A stretch of DNA of 64,000 nt from a virus (IMGVR_UViG_3300025838_000023:32001-96000), one strand, 5' to 3'; positions 42,149 through 50,893 are shown, numbered from the stretch's first letter. Made by a program: numbers and translations. The notes: generated by a model from the letters alone, not told the origin.

Positions 42149-42229
42149 TGGTATTCCAGAAAGGACTTGCACCTTCATGAATTCTATTTACTCTTTCTAA
42201 AGTTTAGGAAACTTAGGAGATACTGGAAT
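42149..42229 (-). tRNA. D-armless tRNA-Arg(CCT)
   Basis: ATTCCAG/CTGGAAT, loop TT-CCT-AA, T arm, CCA. Confidence 0.6.
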
Positions 42230-42238
42230 ATTTAAAAT

Positions 42239-42314
42239 TGGTGCTCACGATAGGTCTTGCACCTACACTGTCAACGTTCTCAACGTTGTTTCTCTGCTTT
42301 TGGAATACGTAAGC
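42239..42314 (-). tRNA. tRNA-Leu(GAG), short V loop
   Basis: CAACG-TTGAGAA-CGTTG, CCA. Confidence 0.8.
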
Positions 42315-42320
42315 ATATTA

Positions 42321-42524
42321 TCAATTAGAGTTTTCTCTATTGTTTGAAATTCTACATTCCAAACAATCAAAAGTATCAAAATTATTTCCTTTATTTGGTT
42401 CACTTTCCCAAGATATTTCATGGCCGCATTCTAAAGTAATAATATATCCTTCATGAAAAGATCGATACTTACTAACTCTTTTATATCCAGCAATTGTCCA
42501 ACAATCTATTTTTGTATTTTTCAT
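42321..42524 (-). CDS. Small Zn-binding hypothetical protein
   Basis: LECGH..CLEC. Confidence 0.5.
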   Translation of the reverse strand: MKNTKIDCWTIAGYKRVSKYRSFHEGYIITLECGHEISWESEPNKGNNFDTFDCLECRISNNRENSN

Positions 42525-42529
42525 AAATT

Positions 42530-42617
42530 TGGCGGAACGCTAAGGACTTGCACCCTAAACCATTTCTAGTTCCAATTGATTTCCAATCAATGTTCAACCT
42601 TGTTGAATTAACGTTCC
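42530..42617 (-). tRNA. tRNA-Ser(GGA)
   Basis: ATTGA-TTGGAAA-TCAAT, long V arm, CCA. Confidence 0.85.
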
Positions 42618-43034
42618 ATTTAAATTTTTCTTCTCATATACTGGCAAAAACATTTGAGATTCTTCAAAACTCTTATGCACTAAAGAAATTCCATTTTTCA
42701 CACTATCTTCAATATCCCTCATAAATGGTGTCTGCCCTTTCGTATCCTTATTACCAGTTATATCTAGATAAGAATATATTAAATTTATTGCCATCTCTTC
42801 CAATGCATTAACGTTCATCTTCTCTAAATCATCAATAAGAGATAAACTATAACGAAAAATCTTATCATCAATAGTTATTTTTATTCTCTCATCAATAACA
42901 AATAAGAAATCTGTAGGAAACCTTACAAATATTTTCTTATCAGGAAGAGATTTTTGTAATATTTCCTGAAGTTTTCTTTCAAATTCAAATTGTTCAGATA
43001 TTGTCATTTTATTCTTCGTCAAAAATATCTCCAC
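42594..43034 (-). CDS. Hypothetical protein
   Basis: ORF. Confidence 0.45.
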   Translation of the reverse strand: MEIFLTKNKMTISEQFEFERKLQEILQKSLPDKKIFVRFPTDFLFVIDERIKITIDDKIFRYSLSLIDDLEKMNVNALEEMAINLIYSYLDITGNKDTKGQTPFMRDIEDSVKNGISLVHKSFEESQMFLPVYEKKNLNGTLIQQG

Positions 43035-43269
43035 CGTTTAAATATGCATCAACTTCTTCAACAATAACATTCCATATTTCATCTTCCGCTTCCGCACCAT
43101 GCATCTTTTTAATATCCTTAATCATCCCATTGTCCCATTCTACTGTCATTACTGCACCATCAACAGTAATAGCCCTACGCTGATACTCCTTGTTTGATGT
43201 AGTATTCATGTTCTTCAATCCAAATACATGCCCTGGAAATTCTTCTCTCAATATCTCTAAAATTTTCAT
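43009..43269 (-). CDS. Hypothetical protein, tandem paralogue of 43266-43547
   Basis: M.ILE.LR..FP.HV..LK; DG..M...W. Confidence 0.55.
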   Translation of the reverse strand: MKILEILREEFPGHVFGLKNMNTTSNKEYQRRAITVDGAVMTVEWDNGMIKDIKKMHGAEAEDEIWNVIVEEVDAYLNGGDIFDEE

Positions 43270-43547
43270 ACTAGTATATTATCACAAGGATTTGAATTAT
43301 CAATATCATTTTCAGATAATTGTTTTCTAATTTCAGATATAAACAAATCTATAATATATTGTTCCATATTCAATCCATAATAAAATTTGGCATCATCCAC
43401 CATATCCTCATTCCAAGAAATTTTCATCTTCCTGCCATCAATCATTAAATACTTTCTAGGTGCAAAATCATTAAGTTGAATTTCATATTCTTTCAACTCT
43501 ATAACATGATCAGGAAAGTGGTTTCTTAATACTTCTAATATATCCAT
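43266..43547 (-). CDS. Hypothetical protein, tandem paralogue of 43009-43269
   Basis: Shared motifs. Confidence 0.55.
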   Translation of the reverse strand: MDILEVLRNHFPDHVIELKEYEIQLNDFAPRKYLMIDGRKMKISWNEDMVDDAKFYYGLNMEQYIIDLFISEIRKQLSENDIDNSNPCDNILV

Positions 43548-43585
43548 TACAATATTATATCAGAAATTATTAACTTGTCAAAATT

Positions 43586-43661
43586 TGGTCCGGTATCTGA
43601 GTGCTGCCCTCAGTATCTCCTGATCCCAAGTCAGGCGGATTTGCTGTCTTCCTCATACCGG
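43586..43661 (-). tRNA. tRNA-Pro(TGG)
   Basis: CCTGA-CTTGGGA-TCAGG, CCA. Confidence 0.85.
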
Positions 43662-43670
43662 ATATAAAAT

Positions 43671-43754
43671 TGGTGCGTAGGGAGAGAATTTGCACTCTCA
43701 CAGAATTAACGGGTGTTTTACAGACACTTGGACTCACTCTTGTCCAGCCGACGC
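43671..43754 (-). tRNA. tRNA-Tyr(GTA)
   Basis: Loop CT-GTA-AA, CCA; near-copy of 52288. Confidence 0.8.
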
Positions 43755-43766
43755 AATAAAAATTAT

Positions 43767-44021
43767 AATCTTAGTAATAGCCGATTTTCTGTATCTAGTT
43801 TTCTCATTTGACTATGTAATATTACTATCACATCTCCCCGTTTATAGAGAAGCGCACCAACCCGAAGATTAAAACGATCAGCACCAATCTATCTTCTGTT
43901 TGGCTTGCACCGTAACCATCGTGGTATTAACAAGTATTACTACTCTCCCATCGGTTCTGCTGTGGTGTATCGAACTTCCTCTGCAATCCTTTGAAAGGTG
44001 CAGCGAGAAACTGCCAAGATT
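43767..44021 (-). ncRNA. rnpB: RNase P RNA, minimal (reduced S-domain)
   Basis: P1 AATCTTGGCAG/TTACTAAGATT; GAGGAAGTTCG, GCAAGCCAAA, CGGGTTGG..GCT, ACAGAAAATCGGCTATTA. Confidence 0.8.
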
Positions 44022-44027
44022 AAAGTT

Positions 44028-44103
44028 TGGAGCCTGTTGAAAGACTTGCACTTTCCATATTTGAATTACCGATTCAATACATCGCTATCTATGTTTAACA
44101 GGC
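44028..44103 (-). tRNA. tRNA-Thr(GGT)
   Basis: TTGAA-TCGGTAA-TTCAA, CCA. Confidence 0.8.
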
Positions 44104-44113
44104 GTTTAAAAAT

Positions 44114-44256
44114 TGGTAGTTCGTGACGGATTCGCACCCTCATGTGTCATAATTTATTCTATAGTTGAATAAACAACACCAAACGCTTTTAGTCTACCAT
44201 TTTATTGCAAGTTTACGTAATTTTGCAATGATTTCGTGACGTTTAAGCTACAACTT
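44114..44256 (-). ncRNA. Expanded tRNA-like RNA
   Basis: T arm GGTGCGAATCC + CCA; extra hairpins in place of D and anticodon arms. Confidence 0.4.
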
Positions 44257-44278
44257 ATTGGCATATATTATTAAAAAT

Positions 44279-44353
44279 TGGCCGCTGATAGATTATTTGC
44301 AAATCTCTCTATGGTGTTTCAAGCCATTACATTCCTACATATGTTAACCAGCG
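44279..44353 (-). tRNA. tRNA-Phe(GAA)-like, diverged copy
   Basis: CGCTGGT/ATCAGCG, same D arm as 45185, loop TTGAAAC. Confidence 0.6.
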
Positions 44354-45119
44354 ATAAAAAAGTTTCTTTAGAATCACATTTAAGGAGTTTCTTATAAATA
44401 TCTTCTTTAATTATCTTAACTTTATTAATAGATTCAGGATTCTGTTCAAATACTAATTTCATTTTGTTTTCATCGTCTCCCCACCAGTAACCTTTAATTT
44501 CTAAATAAAAATCATAATCAACTAAATGAAAATCTGGAGTATACGAATGTTCACACTCATCTTTAATATAAGAGAAAGTGTAATTATTAGTCCCTATTTT
44601 CTTCCAAGAAATTTCCAATTCTTCCATTTTAAGTGCAATATTTCGTTCCCATGTTCCTTGAACTTTTTGACCACTTACTTCATACCATTTACATCTTCCA
44701 CCTTTATTTTTCACCGACATTATTTTACTTAACTTTTTCTTGGTTTCTAAAGTATGTTTATGATTTTTCCAATATGGGGTATTTTCGGTATAAAACTTTT
44801 TAACAGACAAAGCATTTTGCATCACTCTAGAATCTGTTTCTTTTGATAACCCTTTATTCCAAGCTACATGAGTTCCTTTAGTAATTGAAACAAACCCTAT
44901 ACCATTTTCATGTTTTCTCCATATATGACTACCTATTCCTGATTTAGTTGTTGATTTGAATTCACATTTCGGACAAATATAGTATCCATCTATAAACATA
45001 TCATCTGTTATTTTCCTATGAACTTTCTTATTAGGGTTATTACATGCCTTTTTATGTGCTTTGATATTCGAATTTGATATCATTCTATTACAATAAGGGC
45101 ATTCGGTTTTTTGTCTCAT
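44319..45119 (-). CDS. Free-standing homing endonuclease (Zn fingers, NUMOD-like, PD-(D/E)xK)
   Basis: AWNKGL.KETD.RV; HTLETKKKLS; YTPDF..LEIKG. Confidence 0.75.
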   Translation of the reverse strand: MRQKTECPYCNRMISNSNIKAHKKACNNPNKKVHRKITDDMFIDGYYICPKCEFKSTTKSGIGSHIWRKHENGIGFVSITKGTHVAWNKGLSKETDSRVMQNALSVKKFYTENTPYWKNHKHTLETKKKLSKIMSVKNKGGRCKWYEVSGQKVQGTWERNIALKMEELEISWKKIGTNNYTFSYIKDECEHSYTPDFHLVDYDFYLEIKGYWWGDDENKMKLVFEQNPESINKVKIIKEDIYKKLLKCDSKETFLSLVNICRNVMA

Positions 45120-45184
45120 ATAATATATTTAACACATTCATATGAAATAAGTCTAACTCTTATCTATTAAAGCTATATTCAAAT

Positions 45185-45259
45185 TGGTGGCTGGAGAGGT
45201 ATTTGCAACCCCCTGTATGGATTTTCAGTCCACCACATTCCTACATATGTTATCCAGCC
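45185..45259 (-). tRNA. tRNA-Phe(GAA)
   Basis: GTGGA-CTGAAAA-TCCAT, CCA. Confidence 0.85.
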
Positions 45260-45271
45260 ATTTTTAAATTG

Positions 45272-45547
45272 TTATATTTTATTTTGCATATAATCAGGAA
45301 ATTTTATTGCAATCCCCTCTCCTTCATTTTCTCCAATTTCCCATCCATAACTGCAATAACTACTAAAATGTGTCTTTTCTTTATATCCTACTACATAATC
45401 TGTTGGCACGGTATGAGGAATATAAACAGTCACAAATTCCCCGTATCCACAATCTTTTTTAATCCCCACACAAGACATTCCATCATGTTCAGTAATAAAC
45501 ATATCTTCCGCATTAAACTCAATTGTCATTTTTAATTCGTATTTCAT
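45272..45547 (-). CDS. Hypothetical protein
   Basis: ORF with its own sigma70-like promoter. Confidence 0.5.
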   Translation of the reverse strand: MKYELKMTIEFNAEDMFITEHDGMSCVGIKKDCGYGEFVTVYIPHTVPTDYVVGYKEKTHFSSYCSYGWEIGENEGEGIAIKFPDYMQNKI

Positions 45548-45594
45548 GTTGATATTATATTACAAAATTACATAATGTCAATATGATTTTAAAT

Positions 45595-45698
45595 TGGAGG
45601 GCTTCAACAGGAACTTACCCTGTTCGTATTGTAACATAATCAATCTCGATCTTTCGAAGATTCACTCAGTATGATTATGGTATACTACAATTTCGCCC
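45595..45698 (-). ncRNA. tRNA-like RNA: acceptor + T arm + one long hairpin
   Basis: GGGC/GCCC-TCCA; ACAGG/CCTGT; long stem capped by TTCG. Confidence 0.5.
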
Positions 45699-45706
45699 AT
45701 TTAAAT

Positions 45707-45856
45707 TGGTTCTAGAGGTTAGATTCACACTAACTTAGTCTTGTCGAAGGTTTTAATTTTTGACTACTTAAAGCTTCTATAAATTATTTTCTCGTAGTAT
45801 GCCATGATAATACTCTTTGGACGCAATACTCATAATTTACTTACAGCAACTCTAAA
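45707..45856 (-). ncRNA. Expanded tRNA-like RNA (~150 nt)
   Basis: TTTAGAG/CTCTAGA-ACCA; T arm GTTAG-TGTGAAT-CTAAC. Confidence 0.5.
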
Positions 45857-45953
45857 TTATAGGCGGGTTGAAATGTGTCACTCAGAACATTGCAATCTTC
45901 TCAAGCACCTTTTTATTGGCTAATCGAATTCGCCACGCCGATCTTGAAAATTA

Positions 45954-46305
45954 TGGTGGAGAGCAGGGAGGATCGAACTCCCTGTCCTAAAAAAACTTCA
46001 TTTATATATCTACATGCTTATATTCTTTAATGTATTCGGTAGCATAACAAAGAATAAAACTTTCTACCATAGTTAAATTATTTTCTAGCATCCGTCTCAC
46101 AAATATAACGAGAAACTCGACGGACTATCCTATGCAGCACGTTTTCAAATATAGGAGTCTTTGAAACGTGGATTAACTTAAGCAGCTAACGCTAGTTCTG
46201 TATTATCAGCACTTATCTTTTCGATTGATTTTTAAAGAAGCCAACAATCATCTTCTACATGCAACAATAAACTCGATCTTTTTAGTCGAATCCAAGTAGC
46301 TCCCC
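45954..46305 (-). ncRNA. ssrA: tmRNA
   Basis: GGGGAGC..GGATTCGAC 5' end, G3-U pair, T arm + CCA; tag (A)ADNTELALAA*. Confidence 0.93.
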
Positions 46306-46310
46306 AAAAA

Positions 46311-46385
46311 TGGTAGGCATGGAAGAAATTGCATCCTCACCAAGAGCTTCGTAAACTCGTGTGCTATCTGTTACACTACACGCCC
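46311..46385 (-). tRNA. tRNA-Arg(ACG)
   Basis: Loop TT-ACG-AA, CCA. Confidence 0.85.
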
Positions 46386-46509
46386 ATTTAAAATTCTTCG
46401 CTAAAAATAATACCTACCAAGGCACTAAGGAATTGAACCATTTATTCTTAGCGAAAAGTAATTGTAATAAGTTCTAGAATATTTCAATTACTTTCTTTTA
46501 TATAAAATT

Positions 46510-46585
46510 TGGTAGGCATGGAGAGAATCCCACTCTCACCCTTCGGTTTCGAAGACCGATGCGCTAATAATTACGCTACACGCCC
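46510..46585 (-). tRNA. tRNA-Arg(TCG)
   Basis: TCGGT-CTTCGAA-ACCGA, CCA. Confidence 0.85.
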
Positions 46586-46592
46586 ATAAATT

Positions 46593-46667
46593 TGGGGGTT
46601 TAGTTCGGTTACTCTCCGAATCCGGTAAATTCACAGTTTACAGTGCTAATATTACACCACAAAACCC
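46593..46667 (-). tRNA. tRNA-His(GTG)
   Basis: GTAAA-CTGTGAA-TTTAC, CCA. Confidence 0.85.
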
Positions 46668-46715
46668 ATCTAAAAACTTTTGGCATTGTATTTCCGCTAT
46701 ACGAAAAGCTAATAT

Positions 46716-47089
46716 TCGTCATAACCACTACTCACAATCAGAAGATATCATTCCGATATTCTATAGTGGGGTTGGCTTATTTGATTCCCATTAACTTTAA
46801 AGGATTCGAACCTTTGATTCTGCCTTATTATCTAAATTCATCCAAAACTTACCGTAGTCGTATTGCAAATCCGAGCCTATGCAGTTTTGGCAGTATTATA
46901 TGTTATGGAGTCCACGTTCCACTCCCGTAACCTTTATAATACTGAAATTTGATGCCCTGCTACCATTACACCACAGATACCACAAATCGTCATAACCAGC
47001 TACTATATCATATGATCATCTCTGATACTTCGTAGTGGGGTAGGCTTACTTGATTCATTGTTTATATACATGAACGGACTCGAACCGTT
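46716..47089 (-). repeat. Two copies of a T-arm + hairpin RNA motif (46716-46815, 46987-47089)
   Basis: GGTTCGARTCC..GAATCAARTAAGCCWACCCCACTA..TGGTTATGACGA in both. Confidence 0.65.
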
Positions 47090-47118
47090 TCTTTCACCTT
47101 ACATTCTTAAAAAATTAC

Positions 47119-47205
47119 CGGATGGCTGATATCCCGCCTACCATGCCCTTTTAGAGCACCATCGATTTAGCAAATCGCGCTAGTCACTCGACTAGTTAAC
47201 CATCC
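47119..47205 (-). tRNA. tRNA-Ser(GCT), no encoded CCA
   Basis: Loop TT-GCT-AA, long V arm. Confidence 0.75.
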
Positions 47206-47355
47206 ATATTAAAAAATTCTGAGTAAATATCAATCTCCCATAGGAGACAAATGTTATAGCTTTATTACATTAAGATTTGTTGTTACCATAAAAGCAATAC
47301 TCTCACAACTCTAATCCGATTATTACTCAACGTTATCCGCTAAGATAACGAAAAT

Positions 47356-47442
47356 TGGAGTGTAGTTAGGGGATCGCACCCTACGTAGGCTTTCGCCCAA
47401 CTGGTTTGCAAGCAGCAAAGTTCACTAGCTCTCTCACTACAC
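47356..47442 (-). tRNA. tRNA-Cys(GCA), long V arm
   Basis: Loop TT-GCA-AA; V arm GGGC-GAAA-GCCT; CCA. Confidence 0.75.
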
Positions 47443-47517
47443 ATTAAAAGTGACCCGCTAATATTTTACAACCATATGCAGGGCTGGTTGGATATGATTA
47501 CTACCATATCAAAATTA

Positions 47518-47793
47518 TTACCATGTTACATTTCCATCTTTAATCCATCCATGAAACTTACAACTACTATCTGGAAAATCACAGTTAATAGAAGGAGTTA
47601 CTGATAGATTTGAAATGTCTCCAGATTTATTCCAAACTGCTCCAGAATCATAAATAGGCGGCAATTCAAAATTAACTAAAATAGAATGTCCAGAATCGCA
47701 TTTCGGACAAACAAATCTTAATACTTTATCCGATCTTTCATTGTATCGAATCATCTCACCTTCTAGTTTCTCTAATGATACTAAATTACTCAT
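47518..47793 (-). CDS. DUF6527-like protein
   Basis: F.CPKC..GH; LSVTPSI; C.FHGWI.DG. Confidence 0.7.
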   Translation of the reverse strand: MSNLVSLEKLEGEMIRYNERSDKVLRFVCPKCDSGHSILVNFELPPIYDSGAVWNKSGDISNLSVTPSINCDFPDSSCKFHGWIKDGNVTW

Positions 47794-47938
47794 ACTATTA
47801 TTTAGCAAACTTTTAATCCTTATAAATTCATATCAAAGATAAAACTTCATAAATATTAAAACCATTGCTAATAGATAAATAACTATATGAATAAAGATAC
47901 CATACTTCTAGAAGAATTATATATGAAAATCGTAGAAG

Positions 47939-48303
47939 AGTTATCATAAGCATAGAAGAATATTACTATTTTCTAGATTTATGCCTTAAAGACTTTTTAT
48001 TCTATTTTATAGGATTTAAAAGGAAATCTATAACTCAATTTAGATTTCTTTAATTTGGAATATAACGTTTCTATGAACCAATTTTAGTATTTGATCTACC
48101 ATTTTCTTCCAATGAGTAGGTAGAATACTAAAACCAATTCAAAGATATTTTATATCCATTTTATCATCTTTCAATGATAAAAATTGTTTTATTATAATAG
48201 TATTTATTCTACTTTATATCAAAATCAAGAGATAAATAATTTAAATTGTATAATATTTTTAACTTATCTTAAAAATGTTATATTATGTATTAAGTTTTAT
48301 TAG
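47939..48303 (-). mobile_element. Non-coding IS607-derived mini-element A, copy 2
   Basis: Copy of 31419-31800; precise removal restores the reading frame. Confidence 0.88.
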
Positions 48304-48646
48304 ACCAATTCGGAAATGCTACTCTCATATGGCTAGAAAAAGATGGAACAGTTTATGATACAGAAGAAACCCAACATGGAATCTACGTAGCGGATAATGC
48401 CTCTTTATTTGGCGTGAATTATAACTTCGCAAAAAAGACTTTCGATAAATATGGAGACGAAGGAATTGATGAAGCAGCAGCAATAATGTGTGAACAAGCC
48501 TTCAAAAAAGGTTGGATGCGTGTTGTTAAAGTGCCTTGGAATAAAAAGATTTTCGTCGAAGGAAACGAACCAACAAAAGCACAAAAACATGTAATCGAAG
48601 ATTGGTATTTCGAAGATACTAGTTGGGATGTCATTTGGCAAAGATG

Positions 48647-49878
48647 GGTTGGTAACAGTAGTTTGAAATTCTAAAAAATCTAAAGTTATAAAAATAATTC
48701 ATTATTATGGGTTAAATTACAAGAAAAGTAAAACACATTTAGATAAATATAAATGTGAAGATAATAAGAGCAGTTAAATGCACAAACAAATTTGCTACTA
48801 AAAAGAAGCAAGATGTTCTTACATCTTTACTTGCCGAATACGGCAATGTTGTAAATTTCTTCATTGAATTCTTTTGGTTAAAAGATAAACTTCCAACTAA
48901 GAACGATCTTTTAAAACATATAGTTGATCTACCAATACAAACAACTTGGCTTTCAGCCAGATTACGTAAAACTGCTGCTAGAGAAGCTATAGATATGATC
49001 TTAGCAGTAAAAGAAAGATGGAAAGATAAACCAGATAAAATAAATAAACCAACACACCAAGGTAAAAGAATGTGCTGTTCTTCAACAATAGCAGAACTCC
49101 AAAACTCAAAATCTTCATTCGATAAATACCTTAAAATAGGTTCTGTTGGTAAGAAAATTAAACTAGAAATACCAATCAAAAAACATAAACAGTTTAATTA
49201 TTGGGAACGTCAAGGCAGACGCCTTAACTCATATATTATAACTAAAGACTATACTCAGTTCGTTTTCGAAATCGAAACTGGAACTAAAAAGGATCAAGGT
49301 AAAACAATTGGTATTGATACTGGTATTAAATGTCTAGCAACTCTGTCCAATGGACAAAGAATAGGAGACAAAATAGAAGATATAATAATTAAAATCAATA
49401 GATGCAAACATGGTTCTAAAAGACAAAAGCAATTAAGGAATTATCTACGTCATTATATTGATACTAGTGCAAAAGAAGTTTTTAAGCAGAATCCTAATTT
49501 GAGTAGGATTATAGTCGAAAGACTAAGTAATATGAATTTTAAATCGAAGATTAAGCGTAAGCTTGGTCGTAAGATGAGAAAAACTATCGGTAGTTGGAAC
49601 TACAGATATTGGCTATCTAGAATGGAAAGAAACTGTGAGGAGAACCGTGTTCGATATTCCAGTATAAATCCAGCTTATACGAGTCAATGCTGTAACCAAT
49701 GTGGTCATACTGACAGGATGAATCGATCAAAACAAGATACTTTTTATTGTGTTAAATGTGGTCATACTGACCATGCTGACCATAATGCAGCTAAGAATAT
49801 TTTGGATCGTGGAATCTCCCTAGTTTATCGTCGGGGGTAATAGTTTAAATTTTAGATTTTTTAGAATTTAAACAACGG
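48647..49878 (+). mobile_element. tnpB-only IS607-like element
   Basis: GG at both junctions; subterminal inverted repeat aaattctaaaaaatctaaa; removal extends the host ORF. Confidence 0.75.
48755..49840 (+). CDS. tnpB: TnpB RNA-guided nuclease (Zn-ribbon type)
   Basis: IGIDTG, IVERL, INPAYTSQCCNQCG, C.KCGH..HADHNAAKNI. Confidence 0.92.
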   Translation: MKIIRAVKCTNKFATKKKQDVLTSLLAEYGNVVNFFIEFFWLKDKLPTKNDLLKHIVDLPIQTTWLSARLRKTAAREAIDMILAVKERWKDKPDKINKPTHQGKRMCCSSTIAELQNSKSSFDKYLKIGSVGKKIKLEIPIKKHKQFNYWERQGRRLNSYIITKDYTQFVFEIETGTKKDQGKTIGIDTGIKCLATLSNGQRIGDKIEDIIIKINRCKHGSKRQKQLRNYLRHYIDTSAKEVFKQNPNLSRIIVERLSNMNFKSKIKRKLGRKMRKTIGSWNYRYWLSRMERNCEENRVRYSSINPAYTSQCCNQCGHTDRMNRSKQDTFYCVKCGHTDHADHNAAKNILDRGISLVYRRG

Positions 49879-49937
49879 TCAGTAATCAATTCGGACCACC
49901 AAAACCAATCACTCTGTTCAACGCAGAATAAAAAAAT

Positions 49938-50028
49938 TGGCGGAAGACTGAGGAGTTGCGCCCCAAACCTTTTAGAGTTCCTTCTGTTTTCAAGGCAGAG
50001 TCAGTATCGCTTGTCTGATTAATCTTCC
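49938..50028 (-). tRNA. tRNA-Ser(TGA)
   Basis: Loop CT-TGA-AA, long V arm, CCA. Confidence 0.85.
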
Positions 50029-50045
50029 ATAATAAAATTTAAAAT

Positions 50046-50119
50046 TGGTAGGAGATAAAAGTGCCGCCCTTTTGACTCATGGATGTAAACCAAGCATTAT
50101 ACTGTTTAACTAATCTCCC
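50046..50119 (-). tRNA. tRNA-Val(TAC)
   Basis: Loop TT-TAC-AT, CCA. Confidence 0.8.
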
Positions 50120-50130
50120 ATTACTAAATT

Positions 50131-50206
50131 TGGAAGACCCACCCCGATTTGCACGGAAGGACGATGAAGTTCAAAGCTTCATATGCTACTTTTACATCAT
50201 GGGTCT
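50131..50206 (-). tRNA. tRNA-Gln(TTG)
   Basis: TGAAG-CTTTGAA-CTTCA, CCA. Confidence 0.8.
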
Positions 50207-50216
50207 ATTAAAATCT

Positions 50217-50303
50217 TAGAAGTGTACGGTAATGCTCCGTATCGAGGCCCCAATCTAGGACAAAAAGTTTATAAAACTTTCTTGGCTACTTAGCCACACT
50301 TCC
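50217..50303 (-). tRNA. tRNA(TAT), Ile-type anticodon, tiny D loop and long V arm
   Basis: AAAGT-TTTATAA-ACTTT; GGAAGTG/CACTTCT. Confidence 0.65.
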
Positions 50304-50312
50304 ATTTAAAAT

Positions 50313-50390
50313 TGGTTGCGGAAGGGCCGAACTCGAATCGGGCAGTTTTAGCTTATGAGACTAACGTGTTTACCTTGACACTACCCCGCA
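50313..50390 (-). tRNA. tRNA-Met(CAT)
   Basis: TTAGT-CTCATAA-GCTAA, CCA. Confidence 0.8.
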
Positions 50391-50403
50391 ATATAAATCT
50401 GTA

Positions 50404-50475
50404 AACCCCATCATGGAATCGCACCACAATTCTGTCTTTCAGAGAGACTCGTAATAACTGTTATACGAATGGGGT
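50404..50475 (-). tRNA. tRNA-Gln(CTG)
   Basis: Loop CT-CTG-AA. Confidence 0.78.
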
Positions 50476-50483
50476 ATAAAAAC

Positions 50484-50594
50484 TTGCGGAGATGGGATTC
50501 AAACACCATCATAGCATATTAATCATTTTGCGAACAATTAATACTATTTGCCAGAGTTATGAGCACTGTTAGCCTCTCAGGGCTTGTCTCCGCT
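50484..50594 (-). tRNA. tRNA(CAT) with ~40-nt variable arm
   Basis: GCGGAG/CTCCGC; loop CT-CAT-AA. Confidence 0.55.
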
Positions 50595-50614
50595 ATTTAA
50601 AAACTTTAAAAATT

Positions 50615-50700
50615 TGGTAGCAGAAAAGAGAATTGCACTCTTACAGTCTTACGACAATTGCTTATGAAACAATCCCCACACTAATACGGGTTGCTCTGCC
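50615..50700 (-). tRNA. tRNA(CAT), Met/Ile2, with V arm
   Basis: ATTGT-TTCATAA-GCAAT, CCA. Confidence 0.7.
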
Positions 50701-50817
50701 ATTTTTCAAAAATTGTAACCTTTACTAAAATTTTGGCACAATGCCTATGCTTAGTTAATAATACAAACTTCGAAAACTTGTATTTAAAACTCTTACATAA
50801 CATCATATTAAAAAATT

Positions 50818-50893
50818 TGGTGGACCGTAAGGGATTCGCACCCTTCACACAAATATTGCAAGTATTCATCGCCCCTGTGGAACATGACAGCCC
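50818..50893 (-). tRNA. tRNA-Ala(TGC)
   Basis: G3-U pair, loop CT-TGC-AA, CCA. Confidence 0.82.

Larger units (their letters stand above)
47887..49931 (+). pseudogene. Phage gene interrupted twice (mini-element A and a tnpB-only IS607 derivative)
   Basis: Excising 47939-48303 and 48649-49878 gives one ORF MNKDTILLEELYMKIVEDQFGNA...WQRWVSNQFGPPKPITLFNAE*. Confidence 0.78.

Noticed and set aside
45860-45945. Riboswitch-like GC-rich segment after tmRNA (also structured 47220-47350)
   Set aside because: Some pairing, but no family I can support and no downstream gene to regulate.
46395-46460. tRNA remnants here and at 52466-52520
   Set aside because: No complete cloverleaf or anticodon arm could be drawn.
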